The notes under the pieces: generated by a model | Told to the model about the DNA's origin: nothing | Database searches by the model: none | Seen by the model: only the letters and a program-made list of their open reading frames with translations | Assembly: GCA_027604505.1 (NCBI GenBank) | Contig: JADIIX010000080.1 | Location: 1-64,000, forward strand | DNA length: 64,000 nt | Reading direction: 5' to 3' | Source of the DNA: Gonapodya sp. JEL0774 | Taxonomy: Eukaryota | Shown: piece after piece, positions 50,950 through 64,000 of the stretch | How positions within the stretch are numbered: the first letter of the stretch is position 1 | Layout: every line of letters starts with the position of its first letter | Made by a program: the position numbers and the translations under genes

Positions 50950-52098
50950 TAGTAAGTCTTTGCCTGGCACGGGAGGTCTTTCAAACAGTATTCCACAGCT
51001 TTTTGCTTGTCCTTTACCCTTCTACCCCACCTGTGCTCATGGAGAATTCCCAAGTGTGAAACAATGTCAACCATCCCTGCATGTAGTAGAACCTCCCTGG
51101 CTCTTCCTGCATCATGCTTACACCCAACAAGACAACCATCCAAGATTGAACACATATCTCCTTGCTTTGTGGCCACTGCAAAGACTTTCTTCGCTTTATG
51201 TACATCCAGTGACAAACTTGTGGCTCACATACATCCAAGCAATGTTGCTTTGTTTTTCTTTTCCCTGTTGCATAAGACTGCTTGGTAGCCTTCCTGTACC
51301 CCTTCACAGCCTCTGCCTTGTCCTTCTGTACACCTCTGCCATTCTCCTACATGAACCCAAGATTGGGCTGCACAGGAGCTGTCCTGGTCAGCTATTCTCA
51401 TACCACCACACAGCCTCTGCCTTGTCCTTCTAAACACCTCACCTGTTCTCATACATGCACCAAAGATTGAACTGCGCTGTTGGGCATTGTGGCCTGTGAT
51501 CTGCAGTCTACGCTAGTCGCAAGAGGATGCAGTGGCTGCAAGGTGGTACAGGAAAGCTGCAGAGCAGGGCTATTCTGTTGCAAAGACTTCTCAAGTATTC
51601 TGGCATGTGATGGGTTAGGGTATATGGAGATAAAGAGACTGTGAAGGGGTACAGGAGGACCGTATGTAAGCCCGGACTGCGCCCATATGTCACCCACATC
51701 AGTGGCTCTCATGTACCACTTCACAGCCTCCTTAACGTCTTCTGCATATCTTTGTGCATAATAAAAGCAAGTGCCCAGGTCAAATTGCGCTCCAATGTTG
51801 CCTTGCTCAGCTGCATCTAGGTAGAAGTGTTGTGAAGGTCTTTGGGAAGCATCCAAAGTCCATTCTTGTGTATTCCCACGCAGAGGCAAGTTCAAATGGT
51901 TCATGCGGTGCATCTCCATCAATAAGTGACACGAGCGCAGATTGCCAGGTGTCCGGGATCGCCAACGGGAGCCCAGGAGTGGTTTCTCCCCCGATTGGAG
52001 AGGTCTGTTGCCTCTTCCTGCGCTTGGGCGGATCCGTCTGCAGCATTGCTCTCAAGAGACGACGTGATGACACTGAATAACTCTGCGATGGAGAGCAT
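50950..52098 (-). pseudogene. Degenerate Sel1-repeat gene
   Basis: FYLDAAEQGNIGAQFDLGTCFYY..DVKEAVKWYMRA; AQFNLWCMYENR*GV*KDKAEAVWWY; many stops and frameshifts; CpG-poor. Confidence 0.75.
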
Positions 52099-52243
52099 CG
52101 AATTTTTGTTTTTGTGGACGATGGATTGGCTGACGTGACCACAGCTGCTCCAAAACCGAGGGATGCGATTCAGCCGCACATTTGAATCCAGCCCACAATC
52201 ACCCCAGACACTCATCCATCAGCAGACAGGTGGCCAAAGCAAA

Positions 52244-54289
52244 ATGTCGTGGGCTGGATTCAAAAAAGGTGAATTCGATTGAACCGACAAAGACACGAAA
52301 CCACTTCAACCCCGTTTCAACCCGTTTAACTCTCTGTGACAAATCTTTCATGTTCCCCACGCTCCCCAATCGAAGCCATCAACCGCGGAATCGGCCAGAT
52401 TCAGGTGTCTGCGGGCTTGGTCGAAAAGACAAATGACCCAGTCTTCGAAGCTGAGGAGAAGCGATTCAAAAGGTCCGTCGTTACGGGGGAGCCAGGTGTG
52501 GGGACGGGGACGGCAGCGGCCCCATGAACCCAAACTGAGCATTTTACTGGGCTGAATGCAAAGCGACGCAAGGGAGACGGACTCATCAGCTGCTTCGCTT
52601 TTGCTTTTGAATACGCTAAACACACCCACCTCGTGAACCCCCACAGTTTCGAAGCACGACTCATCAAGTACCAAAAGGAAACCAAATCAAATCTCGACTC
52701 CGTGCGTGGTGCGTGTGCTTTGCGTTGGCGTGATCGCCATCGTGGGAACCGGACGTTGCAACGACTTTGATTCAGGGAGCCGAGCGGTTGGAACCAACAT
52801 TCGTCGGAACCTGCGGACAAGACCACACACAATTCGCGCACCCTCCCGAGAGCACACCGTTTGACCGAGAATACACCGTGCGAAAACTTCTCACCGCTCT
52901 CCTCCATACCTCCCCTTTCTCCCGCTCGATAACACACAGCCGTCACCATGTCCCAAAAGACCATCGCCGAAGCCTGCGAAGTCATGTACGACGATCCCAC
53001 TCAGGGGAACGGTTTCGCCGCGCTCAAGTATAAGGAGATTTCGGCGAAGATCGACGAGGAGGGCAGGAAGGAGTTTGTGAGTGCACCTCGGGGGGGCGTC
53101 CTGTGTGGGGGTAGGGTGGATTCGATGGATGCGATGAACTGGGCTTGGCTGTGGTGTGGGCTAGCCGGGGTGTGTCTGTGGCTGGGTGAAAGTTGAGGTG
53201 GGGCCGTCGACGAGTGATGGCCATTCAGGACATAAGAACGTGCACCGACACAAGTCAAAGAGAGTCGCACGGAGGAAGAACGAGCTGCGCAGGCCCGTGT
53301 AGGGCGGGAAAGATGTCCTGGGAGTCAGAGTGCCAGGTCGGGATTGGGCCCTGCCCTAGGCACTGGCACTTGGCGGACTGAGGGACCTCACATCCCCGCA
53401 TTCTCCCCTACCTACCTCACCCCACCCCATTTGCCTCCGGCGTGGGGGGGGGGGGGNNNNNNNNNNTTCCGTCGTAGCCACCCACTCCCACGATCATACG
53501 CCTTGGGTGGCGCCGTCGCGGCCCCCGCCCCCCACCCCCACCCCCTCCCTTCCGCCCCTTCATTTCCTTGTTCACTTTACTCGACGCTCCGGCTCCCACT
53601 CTCATCCCAGGACGATGCGTACCGCCTCGCCGTCTTCGAACCCGTGACCACCATCACCACCTCTGTCTCCAATGAGTTCAACGCCTGCATCGACAAGCGC
53701 AAGAAGAAACTCCTCGACTACGACCTGCAGAAGGCGAAAGTTAGGAAACTGGTCGAAAAGCCCAGTAACGATCATTCGAAGCTGCCAAGAGTGGGTTGAA
53801 TGGGTGTATGCGCCGGCGGGAGCGTGTGGGGGTTTGGGCAAGAGACGCTCGCAGCTCAACTGCACCGCATGTTGCCGCCAACACAGAACGAAGCCAAACT
53901 CACCGCCGTCCGCACCAACTACGAATCCCTCAACACCCTCCTCCTCACCGACATACCGGGCCTGCTGTCCCACCGCCACGACCTCCTCGACCCCTCAGTC
54001 GAAGCACTCGTCAAGGCCAACCTACAGTTTTGGCGGTCGGGCGCGGCAAAACTCCACGAGGTGGAGAAAAAGGCGACGGGGAGTGATCTGAACCTAGGGA
54101 ATTTAGGAAGGGAAGGGGCGGTGGAGGATGTGAGTGTGGTGTGGGGGTTGGGATGGGCAGGGCAGTGTTTTGGCGTCGGTGACTCCTGGGAACTCAAACA
54201 GAATCTTGTTTCCCGCCTCTCTTTCCCGCCCCCCGATATAGGCACTGGAGCGAATGAAAGAACTAACGATTTGCAAGGGGGCCCCGTGA
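52244..54289 (+). CDS. RVS161: BAR-domain protein Rvs161/Hob3 (amphiphysin-like)
   Basis: MSWAGFKK|AINRG..VEKTNDPVFEAEEKRFK..KRKKKLLDYDLQKAKVRKLVEKPSNDHSKLPR..YESLN..LLDPSVEALVK..ALERMKELTIC; no SH3 domain. Confidence 0.93.
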
Positions 54290-55020
54290 AGCGTGAACGG
54301 TTGGGGGGTGTTGCGCAGTGGTTTCGATTCGGTTTCGGATGTTGGGATGTGCGGTGGGTGCGAGAGCCGGCCCTGTACGTTGCGTTGGATGTCATATTAC
54401 GTCATTCATGTAGAAATGAAAATAATTGTATTCGAATCTCTTGCGCAATCCGTCGTTGTCCACCTTACCACCGCCCTGCGCGCGTACTCGGGGTATTATT
54501 AATCACATCACCATCGGATGGTTGGTGGGGCATCACTCAGATGATGTGTGGAGGCAGGTGTTTGTGTTACCCACAGATTTTGCGTAGGTGGGCAAACTTG
54601 ATGTGAGTTGAAACTACTGTTGGGGGGGACCCTCACAGTTAAGGCTCCCTCACCTGGATACAACAATGGATGGTGTAGAGTATAATGGAAACGTGCTCTA
54701 GACACTGTGATTACCTAATTCAGTATAAGAGCTGCAAGTTTGATTTCAATCACGTAATTTGCATCTTTCGTGGAATTTGATATTGTAAAAGCAAGTGAAG
54801 ACGAGACGGCCACCAGCCGACAAAAGAAGTAGCAAACGAGGTACAAAAGGTAAAGAAAGTAAAAAGAAACAAGCATTGCAAAGAAAAGCAATGTGCGCTT
54901 CAGTTACGTGATCTCCCGCAATATTTTCGTGTGAAGAAAAGTGCAAAGTCCGCCAGCGCTGCCGTCCTCCCGAACGCACAGCTTTCCAGAAATGTTTGAC
55001 AGGTCTCGCCACGACATCTG

Positions 55021-56908
55021 TTAATGCACCCCATCCAACATATCGTCATCATCATGTTCCTCGCCGTGTCCATCCTCGTCAATATCCATCGCGATGTCAA
55101 AGCCGACTTCATCGTTGTGCATAACATTCCCTCTGTCACCGTGCACGTTCCTCACAGCATTTGAATCACCCGGTGTCAGACCGGGGCTGTTCCTTGTGAG
55201 TGGTCCACCCACCACTGCCAAATCGTCCTCTTCTCCTTCATTCACCATCTCTCCCGCCGTGCTGCCTCCCCAAGGAACGTCACCACACATTTGCGAGTCC
55301 GTCTCGGGCTCGGGAGTGCCGGGTAGGGGAGCTCCAGTCTCTATCTCAGGCTTGATCCGCCCGTCCGCCATTCGGTCTATCGGTAGGCCCGTGTCTGTGT
55401 CGGCATCTAAATCAGAGTCTGTAAACACAAAACCAATCTGCTGCGCGATGGTACAAGTGGGTGTGGAAGTCGACCAAAGCTCGCCAACTTGATCGCCACT
55501 ACCCTCATTGCTACCGTGGGGGGAGGAGAGAAGCGTCGCTCCACCCTTTGGCCGTTCACGGGTACTTTTGAGCTCATCCGCCTGAATTGTAGGAAGGATT
55601 TCATGAGCAGTATCGGACTGTCCTTGTTTCCCGACACTCTCCTGTTCTTTCGGTGTACCGGAGCTGATCAGCACATGATCAGGAGGAGGAGATCCTGAGT
55701 CTGTTCCCACGCCACTATTGTCAAGGGCAGCTGCCGCAGCTGCACGGCGGGGTGTCGGTGATCCGTTGTCTGAGGGAGACGAAGACGTCGAAGCCGTCTG
55801 CTGATCATCGACGGGAAGGGGTTTCGGGGGAACAGTTGGGGGTGTGAACGTGGTGTCAAGGTCCTCGGTAGGTTGCGAGGGCTGGCTTCGTTCGAGAACA
55901 GGGGCGTGTGCTGGGGCAGGTGTGGGCGGGGATGAGGAATGAGGCTGAGAGGAAAGAGCCAAGGACGAGTTGTGCGATGGTGTTGAGGGCACCACTCTCT
56001 GAATGACCTCTGCCGCCGGAGGAACTGCCGAATTCAATCTTATCCCCTTGCTACGTCCCAAGGCCTCGTCGTAGAAAGCGACCTTGTCCACTGCGGTTGT
56101 CCAAGCTTCCCACCGCTTGGCGCCCTCTTCTGTCACTACACCATTCTGCGCATCCACCCATGCGGCGTCCCAGTCACCCAGATTAACTGCCAGGACGGCA
56201 TTGGTGAGATCCCTTCGAGCTGCCCGGCGGGGTGGAGTAGTGGGTGGGGGGCTGGATGGTCGATCGATCAGGGTTGGAAGCAGGTCGACGAGAGGAATGA
56301 GAACTGTGTTGGCGAATGATTCTAAGAGGTGTTTGGAGGCATCGAGGAAGGACAAGGGTGCATGAGCAAGAAGAAAGATGATCACACGCTGCGAGCGCTC
56401 ATCTGACCTAGCTGCTCATTCACGGATCGCATTTCTTCTTCGAGTTTCTCGCACAAGTCGAGGGTACGACGCTTTGAGGCATTACGGGCATCAATTGTGC
56501 GGCGGAACAACGCGATAGCTTTCGTCAGTGATGGTCGATGAACAGAAGTGAAAGCATAGTGATTAGTACTACGTTCCGTTCTATGATAGTCTATCTTCAT
56601 ATTGTCGAGAAAACCCCTGGGCTGTTCCACTCACCTTCCTCGTAGTCAAGGACCATCTGGGACCTCTCTGTCCTCGATACCTTGAAAAGGGTCCAACTCA
56701 TCAATATCCTCATTCGCGTTCCAGTCGCTCCCGGATTCTTCCATTGTGGGCGTATTCCAGTCGTTTTCAAGGAACGCGGAGTCGTGAGCAAGTTTCGGAT
56801 CAGACTTGTTGAGATTGCTGCCAGATCGAGAAGGTTGGACGGAACGCGGAGGAACGAAAGAGGATCCGTGGGAGGGAGAAAGAGCTGGCGATTTTCGAGA
56901 CCAGTCAT
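55021..56908 (-). CDS. Hypothetical protein: coiled coil + helical domain + long disordered acidic tail
   Basis: Successive minus-strand ORFs (56908-, 56630-, 454-codon ORF to 55021) separated by GT-AG introns. Confidence 0.55.
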
Positions 56909-57465
56909 GCAGTTTCGATTCCGTTCGTGAGAGACGATTTACATTCCAAGAACGAAAAGGGAGCGAATTCGAGATTTGAGCGCAGCTTGAACAGAAAAAC
57001 GCAGAACGAGACCTCACGCGCAGACATGGCGTTACTGGCGCCGATGGAGCAGTTTCCCGCTGGCTAGCGTGGACGCGTTTGTGTTCGCGATGGTTTGGTT
57101 GTGAGACAGCCTGCTCTCTGTCTTCGCATTTCGTCCTCGCACAGAATAATATGCAAATGAACACCCCGGATTTTTCAACCAAATGAACCAATATTTGGCA
57201 AGACGAATTAATTTTCTTCAGTGATATCTCACTCGACTCAGGGTTTCACATGTAACTTACTCCTTTGCTAATGCAGAGAGTGTTCGGAGGACAAATAGAG
57301 CCCTGATGGCAGTCTTATGTGAAAACAACGACGTAACTGCCGATGAATATAATTCTCAGCCATTTACATTCTCATTGTGTCACGTGTATCTCGTCGCTCT
57401 GAGTTGTCCCTGTTCCAACAAGAGAAACCATTCTGACACAAACACCCAAACCAAGACGTCAACGA

Positions 57466-59728
57466 ATGCCAAGCGCGACTTCCTTGGAGAATCCTGATGT
57501 GGTAGCGCGATCTCATTCAGCGACTCTTTTGCAGGCCGCTGTCTCTCGTTCACCTCCGGGACTTGACGCAGCGTTCACAGCACTTCTTGAAATCACAGTA
57601 TATCCTGCTCTCTTTCCGGCCGAGTACGCTCAGCTTCGTCTTTCGCTACCTCGTGGCGTGCTGCTGTACGGCCCACCAGGGGTAGGAAAGACGCACCTTG
57701 TGCGATCTTTGGCTGCCATCACTGATGCCCGGCTCACTGTTGTTCAAGGGCCAGAGCTGATTAGTCCTTACCCTGGTGAAACTGAACGAAGACTGCGCAA
57801 ACTGTGGAGAAAAGCAAAACGAAGGACGACCCCAGAGGAGGTTGTGGGAGAACATACAGAGGCCACACAGACATCGACCAAGGAGCACCAAGACACAGAG
57901 AAACGACTTCCGAGTCGCAACATCCTGTTCATCGACGAAATTGATGCTCTGGCACCTCGCCGCACCTCTCACACGCCCCAGTACGTGGCACGCACGGTCG
58001 CCCAGCTGCTCACTCTCATGGATGGCCTGCAGGCAAAATCCACGCAACCCTCTACTTCCCAATCTGCTCACGACCCTGGCCGAGGCACTCATATTTTCTC
58101 CAAAGACGCGGATCTTGTCGTCATTGCCGCCACGAACAGACCGAACGACCTGGACCCCGCACTCAGGAGACCGGGCAGGTTCGATAGAGAGGTCGACGTG
58201 CCTGTTCCCGACGCCCTCTCTAGAGAGCTTATCCTGCGAAGTCTCATACAAGAGTTTGGTCCTTTGATTAATGACGAGGATGCGGAGGGCTCAACTGAAC
58301 CTTTGTCGGGAACAGTTCCCGCTCATATGAACGCAAACACACCGTCACCATCGCAGTCGTTTGCGCCCTCTCCACTCCATCTCCTCCGTGCCTCTGACCT
58401 CCCTTTCCTCTCCCTCGCCACTCCCGGCTTCGTCGCCGCTGACCTTCGGGCACTTCTGCAAGCATCGTTTGCCTTCGCAAGACGCGAAAGTTCTACAGTC
58501 GGCCCTCGCTCCACTTATTCTCCCCTCCGTCGACACCACATTGAAGCGGTTCTAAGAGAAGGTTCAGTGACTGCCAGTATCAGGAAAGGGTGGACCGTCG
58601 AGACCGGAAAAGTGGGATGGGAGGATGTGGGGGGATGCAAAGGCGTGAAGGAGGTGAGAGATTGTAAACTTCACTGCTGCTTTATTCTTCATTGTGAACG
58701 CCATCGAGGACGGGCTGAGTGCCACAACAGTGAGAAATTAAGAACTGATAGTCACATATCACCTCCACCATCAGCAACTTCGCCACCTGATCACACACCC
58801 CCTCCTTCACCCTCAAACCCTTCTCCGCCTTGGACTCTCTCCCCCATCAGGTGTCCTTCTCCACGGACCGCCGGGGTGCTCCAAAACGACACTCGCCCGT
58901 GCCGCCGCGAGCGAGGCCGGGGTGAGCTTTTGGAGCGTGGACGGGAGTGTATACAGTGCTTATGTTGGGGAGAGTGAGAGAGCGAGTGAGTGTTCAGAGA
59001 TGCGGTGTGGTGGTAATCGGAGGAAGAGTGATAGAACCGACATCCTACTGTTTCCTCAACCCACCTGCCATTCCGACCAAGTCCGCGATATCTTCTCCCG
59101 CGCTCGCGCATCAGCCCCTTCTATCCTCTTCCTCGACGAATTGGATGCTCTCGCCGGATCCCGCTCCTTCTCTTCCTCTTCCCCATCGGGCGGATCGGAC
59201 TCGGACCCGTCACGGGACCGACTCCTCTCCACCCTCCTCAACGAACTCGACGGCATCACGTCTCCTGTACCCGGTCCCGGTGCTTCGGTGGCGGATCTGG
59301 AACGGGCGCTCAAGAGTCGCGTCGTGGTGGTAGGTGCGACCAACAGACCGGCCGCGGTAGATCCGGCGTTGAAGCGGCCGGGTAGGCTGGATCGAAGCGT
59401 GTATGTGGGTCCACCAGACGAAGAAGAAAGGTGGGACATCGCACGCAAGGTGTCCAAAGGAATCAAGGGAGTCACTGACGCGGATCTGAGGCGTGTGGCG
59501 GCAATGACGGTCGGTTACTCTGCGGCGGACGTAACCGCTGTGTGCAGGGAGGCGGCGGTGACGGCTGTGAGGAGGGCCGTTGCGAGGGCCGGTGGGGGAC
59601 TGGAGGGGTGGCAGGAGGACGTGGTGGCCGAGGTGGAGTGGGCTGATTGGGCAGAGGCGGTGAAAATGGTTCCTGGGAGCTTGGGAGAAGATGTGATGAG
59701 GTGGTATAGAGAAAGTGGTGAGGCTTGA
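57466..59728 (+). CDS. Double-ring AAA+ ATPase, AFG2/SPATA5L1 (AFG2B)-like
   Basis: D1 [57 protein letters not shown]2 [40 protein letters not shown]. Confidence 0.88.
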
Positions 59729-60016
59729 GTTGGGGGAAAATTATAAGGAGCTGGATCGTGACATTATTTATCTCTTGATTAATCATTGCACTCAGTCCAA
59801 GATAAGTAGTTGGATACAGTTTTGCATTCGTAACAGTTTGATACTCTTGTTCAAAACAATAAAGACCGGCTACAAAGGTCATGAGAATATAAATGTACAT
59901 GGAAGCCATAACAGAATTGACGATGCGCTCGAACTTCGGAGTCTCTTGTGCTAGTGCTCACAAGAATATGGAACTCAAAATGGTGCTGACCGTTGATGCA
60001 AGTTCGCCTCTCCTTG

Positions 60017-61025
60017 TCACTCCAGTCGCTGGAAACGATTACCGTCCATGGCAGGTGGATGACTTAATCCCAATGGCGACTTTCGCACCACGTTGACGTT
60101 GCCCACAAATGCTCCCACCGATGCGGGTTCCCTCACTGAGCCAACTTCTACCACCCCCTCAAGTTCCACACGCCGACCCTGCTGGGTAGGTGAAGAGGGC
60201 CCTGCTGAGCGTGCATTCGATACGGCCTCCATTTGAATAGCTTGGAAGGTGTCAGAAGCGGAGACTGTTTCTCCTTCGGTGAGGGCGGCGTACACAGGAT
60301 GCGGTGATGTAGCAGTGGGGGACATCAGTGGTCGCAGGATGATGATGGTGACGACCTGAGAGGTGGAGGAATATGAAGGTTACTGCACGAAGTTTATGGC
60401 CGAAGTAGATAGTCATGGTATTGTACCTCGATGGGTGGTGTTTTTACGCCCATGAGACGGAAGTCCCAACGGTGCAAGCGGGCACGGCTGGTCCAGCATA
60501 TACCCATAGGCTCATCTTGCGCGTTGAACTCAGCGAGCATCAAGTTAAGTGCCTTGGAAAACTGATCATCATTATAATTGAAGTTCGGTGTGATCAAACG
60601 GATGGATGGATGATCACAAGGAAAAGAAACGCGCTCACCCGCCGGTTTGACACTCTGGTTTGAATGACCCAGTTGATCGATATGAGCAAGAACAGAGTTC
60701 CCATAACCAAATCAAAGAGACGCGTTCTGTTCTCCCGATCCGGGTCCGATGCCCAAACAAAGAACAGAATGCACGATATGGGCACGAACACCAAATAGAT
60801 GAACAGATTGAGGCCCTGATATAACGCGTAGCGGGGAAGATTGTTGTTGAGCGTTTCGATCCGCTTTTTGAAGTGGTCGTAGGTCATGTAGGGGGACAGC
60901 ATGGACGGACAGAGGTCATCAAATTTGACCTTGGATTCGCCGTTCCAGTCGAATGAGCATGCATCAGTTGTGATGGAATAGAGCAGATCGAATGCAGAAC
61001 TGAAATTCTTCAATGATTTCGCCAT
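60017..61025 (-). CDS. Hypothetical two-TM protein (weak Golgin-A7/ERF4-like pattern)
   Basis: CPSMLSPYMTYDHFKKRIETLN, two hydrophobic helices, then LAEFNAQD..GICW; spliced disordered tail. Confidence 0.45.
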
Positions 61026-62011
61026 CCCGCGTGGAAAGAATCTGAATTCTTGTTCTCCTTGAAACGGGTGATGAGACAGGGTGACCGCGACCAGTAACAA
61101 ACCCACATCCCAACAGGGCTGATCGCGTTCTTCTCCGACCACCATACACCATACGGTAATATCTACAACCAACTCAAGAGAAAGCAGAAAAACTGAAATG
61201 AGACGGATGGTCAAAATTTATTACGGATGTTGATGATGACTCCGTTTGCACTAACAGCTCAGCTGCTAGGGTTCCAGATTTAACCACCAACGAACTGGCA
61301 GTATACACCAAGATAGACCCAGATCCACGGCCACATCAACTTTGAAAGAATGAAGACTATTTATAAAGTGTAGCAAGGGCGAGCAATAATCCCCACAAAC
61401 TAAGGATCAGTCGCATGGGCAAATCAATAATGGCGATGAAAGTTCACCTACCACACCACCCACGCTCAGACACCTCCGAGACTAAACACACGAGCACACG
61501 CCCACGCATACGCCACCTCGCAACGCGCACAAGCACAAACGTTTAACGCACCACTTCTCCTCAACCGCATCACACGACACCGAGGTACCAAACAAACGAC
61601 ACTGGTCAACCCCGAAATAAGCACCCCCAGCACCATCAGAACGAGTGAGCCCACGGCGAAGACCGTATGAAAATGGAAGGTTAAAATACTGCCCCAACGT
61701 CTCAATTGAGACGACAGTAGGGTGAGAGGGTCAGCATGTCCCGACTGGATTAGTATCCGGGGTGATCCCACCGAGACGACAACGGCGAGAGTGTAGGAAC
61801 TAGGAGCGGAGCACACGGAACGAATATCCGAGGGCTCTCCCTCCGGGCCGTGACTGTAATATAATCGCGGGCCGGATGGGAATATCTTCAATGTTTGGAT
61901 ATCATAATAAAGTCCTATTCACGATGAATTAGTTGTCCTCCCGCCCAATTTCACCTCACACGGTATATTCACTTCGATCTATAGTTTTCCCAACCACCAC
62001 CGCCTTGAACC

Positions 62012-63518
62012 ATGTCGAACTCTGGTCGTGTCGCGATCGTCACTGGCTCCTCCTCAGGAATTGGAAAAGCAGGTGTGCTCCTTCTCTTCGGCAATCGGAT
62101 CGAACGCATCCGAACTCACAAAAGGTTCCGTCACAACACGACAATACCTCATTTACAGTTGCAATTCAACTAGCAGCTGCTGGATGGAATGTGGTCATTA
62201 ACTGCTCTTCATCAGTGGCGGCGGCCAACGCAGCTGCAGACGAAATCAACGCGAAGCAACAAGGGAAGGCCATCGTTGTGCAAGCAGACGTGGGAAAGGA
62301 CGAGGAGTGTAAGAAATTGGTGGACAAGACTGTGGAAGCTTTCGGGAGATTGGATGCCGTGGTTAACAATGGTGAGTCCGGCTTGGACACGGGCAACCGA
62401 CAGCCGGTGTGCAATGCTCCGAACCATCCGGATCACTAATAATCAATCACCAATAATGTCGTCTTGCTCGGTCCGAATAAGCTGGTACGACCAAGTTTAA
62501 CGCACACAACAACCTCCCGGGTCTCACCTCGGAAGATTTCCTCCGTATTTACAGCGTGAATGTCGTAGCCCGTGAGTTGCGACCAATTCGCTCCCTCAGC
62601 GAAATTGGCGCTCCTCACACTATCTGTGCTTTTTGCTCTCGTACTCCACCTTATCATTCACTCGACATGGTACCCCGCGCGTCCGCCAGCATACAACATG
62701 GTGAAATACGCAGAACCACATCTACGTCGTTCTGGTAAAGCATCCGTTGTAAACGTATCTTCTATCGCCGGAATCATGGGTGCTGGCTCCTGTGCTGCTT
62801 ATGGTGAGCTTGGGAACAAGGACATTACCTCATATATTGTGGAATATTTACAAAAATTATACAGCGGCTTCGAAGGGAGCTCTAAACACTCTGACCCTTT
62901 CCATGGCACGGAATTTAGGGCCTGAGATCCGTGTGGTGAGTTGGAAACCCAGCGCCGCCGCAACCTCGGAACAGTCCTTGCTAAACCCGTGTTCTACATC
63001 AACCTGCCCGTCTCAACCCAACTCGCCGCTTCATTGTCCGAATCAATGTTAGAATGCTGTGTGCCCCGGTTTTGTGGAGGGTGACTGGCTCCGGAATGGG
63101 TACGGTGACAAGGTCTACGAAGCGATGAAAAACAATTATGCCAAGTCAACACCACTTCATGCGTCGGTGAGAATGATGGAATCATTGGAACTATGTCTGT
63201 TACGGAGAATGAGTAGTCGCTGAAATGTTACCTTTAGGTGACGGCAGAGGATATTGCAGAGTGCGTCGTGTTCCTGTGCTCATCTGGAAACAAAGTTACG
63301 GGCGAGATTCTCAAAGTGGTGAGTAGTGCAATTCGGGGGTCCATTTGCAGCGTCTACTCATAAAGCAACACGTGCTCTACTGCTTTCACTGACCGTCATT
63401 TGTACAGGACTCGGGCTGTGAGTATTTATATATGTTGACGTGGATATCTGAACAATGACTAACAATTCACCACCTCACAGTTAATCTCAGCGCTGTTGCC
63501 CCTCCAATCAGGCTTTAG
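62012..63518 (+). CDS. Classical short-chain dehydrogenase/reductase, ~9 exons
   Basis: VAIVTGSSSGIG; GRLDAVVNN|AG; VVNVSSIAG; AY|AASK (YxxxK); IRV|NAVCPG; VTGEILKV|DSG. Confidence 0.92.
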
Positions 63519-63863
63519 GTCCAATCCGCCGACGAGACCTCTTCGTGACTTGTTTGCTGATATCATACAAGTAGACAGGCGTGTGTGGATGTAAGATGGC
63601 CCCATTAATTTTGACAAATAATACATGAATGCTCACATCGAAGCATGGGTGATGACATCTACTTGCTCTCGGCAAGTCTGTTACGGTCTCTACCTACTGT
63701 GAGAGATCAAAGCTTCTAAAGTAACCGTGACCAGAGTAATAGACATATCAATGGGGAGGGTATGACAATTGATAAATTCTTCCCGACAGCACTAAACCCA
63801 ATGAGTGCTAGTACGTAGTGGACACGAGTGAGCCACACTTCTCACACTTCCTTCCTGCGCACC

Positions 63864-64000
63864 ATGACCGCTTTCGTACCCCTCAATGTCACGAGCGTTC
63901 CGGTCGAGTGGCCACACCTGCCGGGGACCTGCCACGGGGCTCTATTATCTGCACGTTTCTCGAGTGGAACAAATGTGCCACCAAAGCAAATACGGCAAGT
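63864..64000 (+). CDS. 5' end of an unidentified ORF running off the window
   Basis: ACCATG start, open to the window end (MTAFVPLNVTSVPVEWPHLPG..). Confidence 0.3.
   Translation, partial: MTAFVPLNVTSVPVEWPHLPGTCHGALLSARFSSGTNVPPKQIRQ

Noticed and set aside
43562..52098. Functional cluster of MJ1316, lipase, P4H-GT60 and Sel1
   Set aside because: Mixed orientation and unrelated functions; no other Skp1-pathway genes were seen in the window.
1..64000. tRNA, rRNA, snoRNA or CRISPR arrays
   Set aside because: None recognisable by eye; tRNAscan-SE or Infernal would be needed to exclude small intronic RNAs.

Overview
Intron-rich, compact eukaryotic DNA whose gene content looks fungal, probably an early-diverging chytrid/monoblepharid-like lineage (inference, not proven). 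There are two 10-N gaps next to G/C tracts. The left end (1-~3260) is a decayed minus-strand LTR retroelement with an LTR, a primer-binding site and a stop-riddled ORF. About 20 spliced genes follow: YAF9, a small RVxF protein, a frameshifted ankyrin protein, SHPRH/IRC20 helicase-E3, sphingosine-1-phosphate lyase, an orphan multi-TM protein, a mitochondrial hemerythrin-domain protein, a C2H2 transcription factor, YHM2, SVP26, a KH-KH/zinc-knuckle/RGG protein, HRI1, a GCN4/CPC1-like bZIP, a standalone MJ1316 protein, a DUF676 lipase, a Sel1 pseudogene, RVS161, an AFG2B-like AAA ATPase and an SDR. The standout is 46873-50127 (-). It is a single gene fusing an EGLN/PhyA-type prolyl 4-hydroxylase to a Gnt1/GT60 hydroxyproline GlcNAc-transferase, i.e. 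the first two steps of the protist Skp1 oxygen-sensing hydroxylation/glycosylation pathway, in an apparently fungal genome. Exon boundaries were read by eye from GT-AG sites and reading frames and are approximate where stated.
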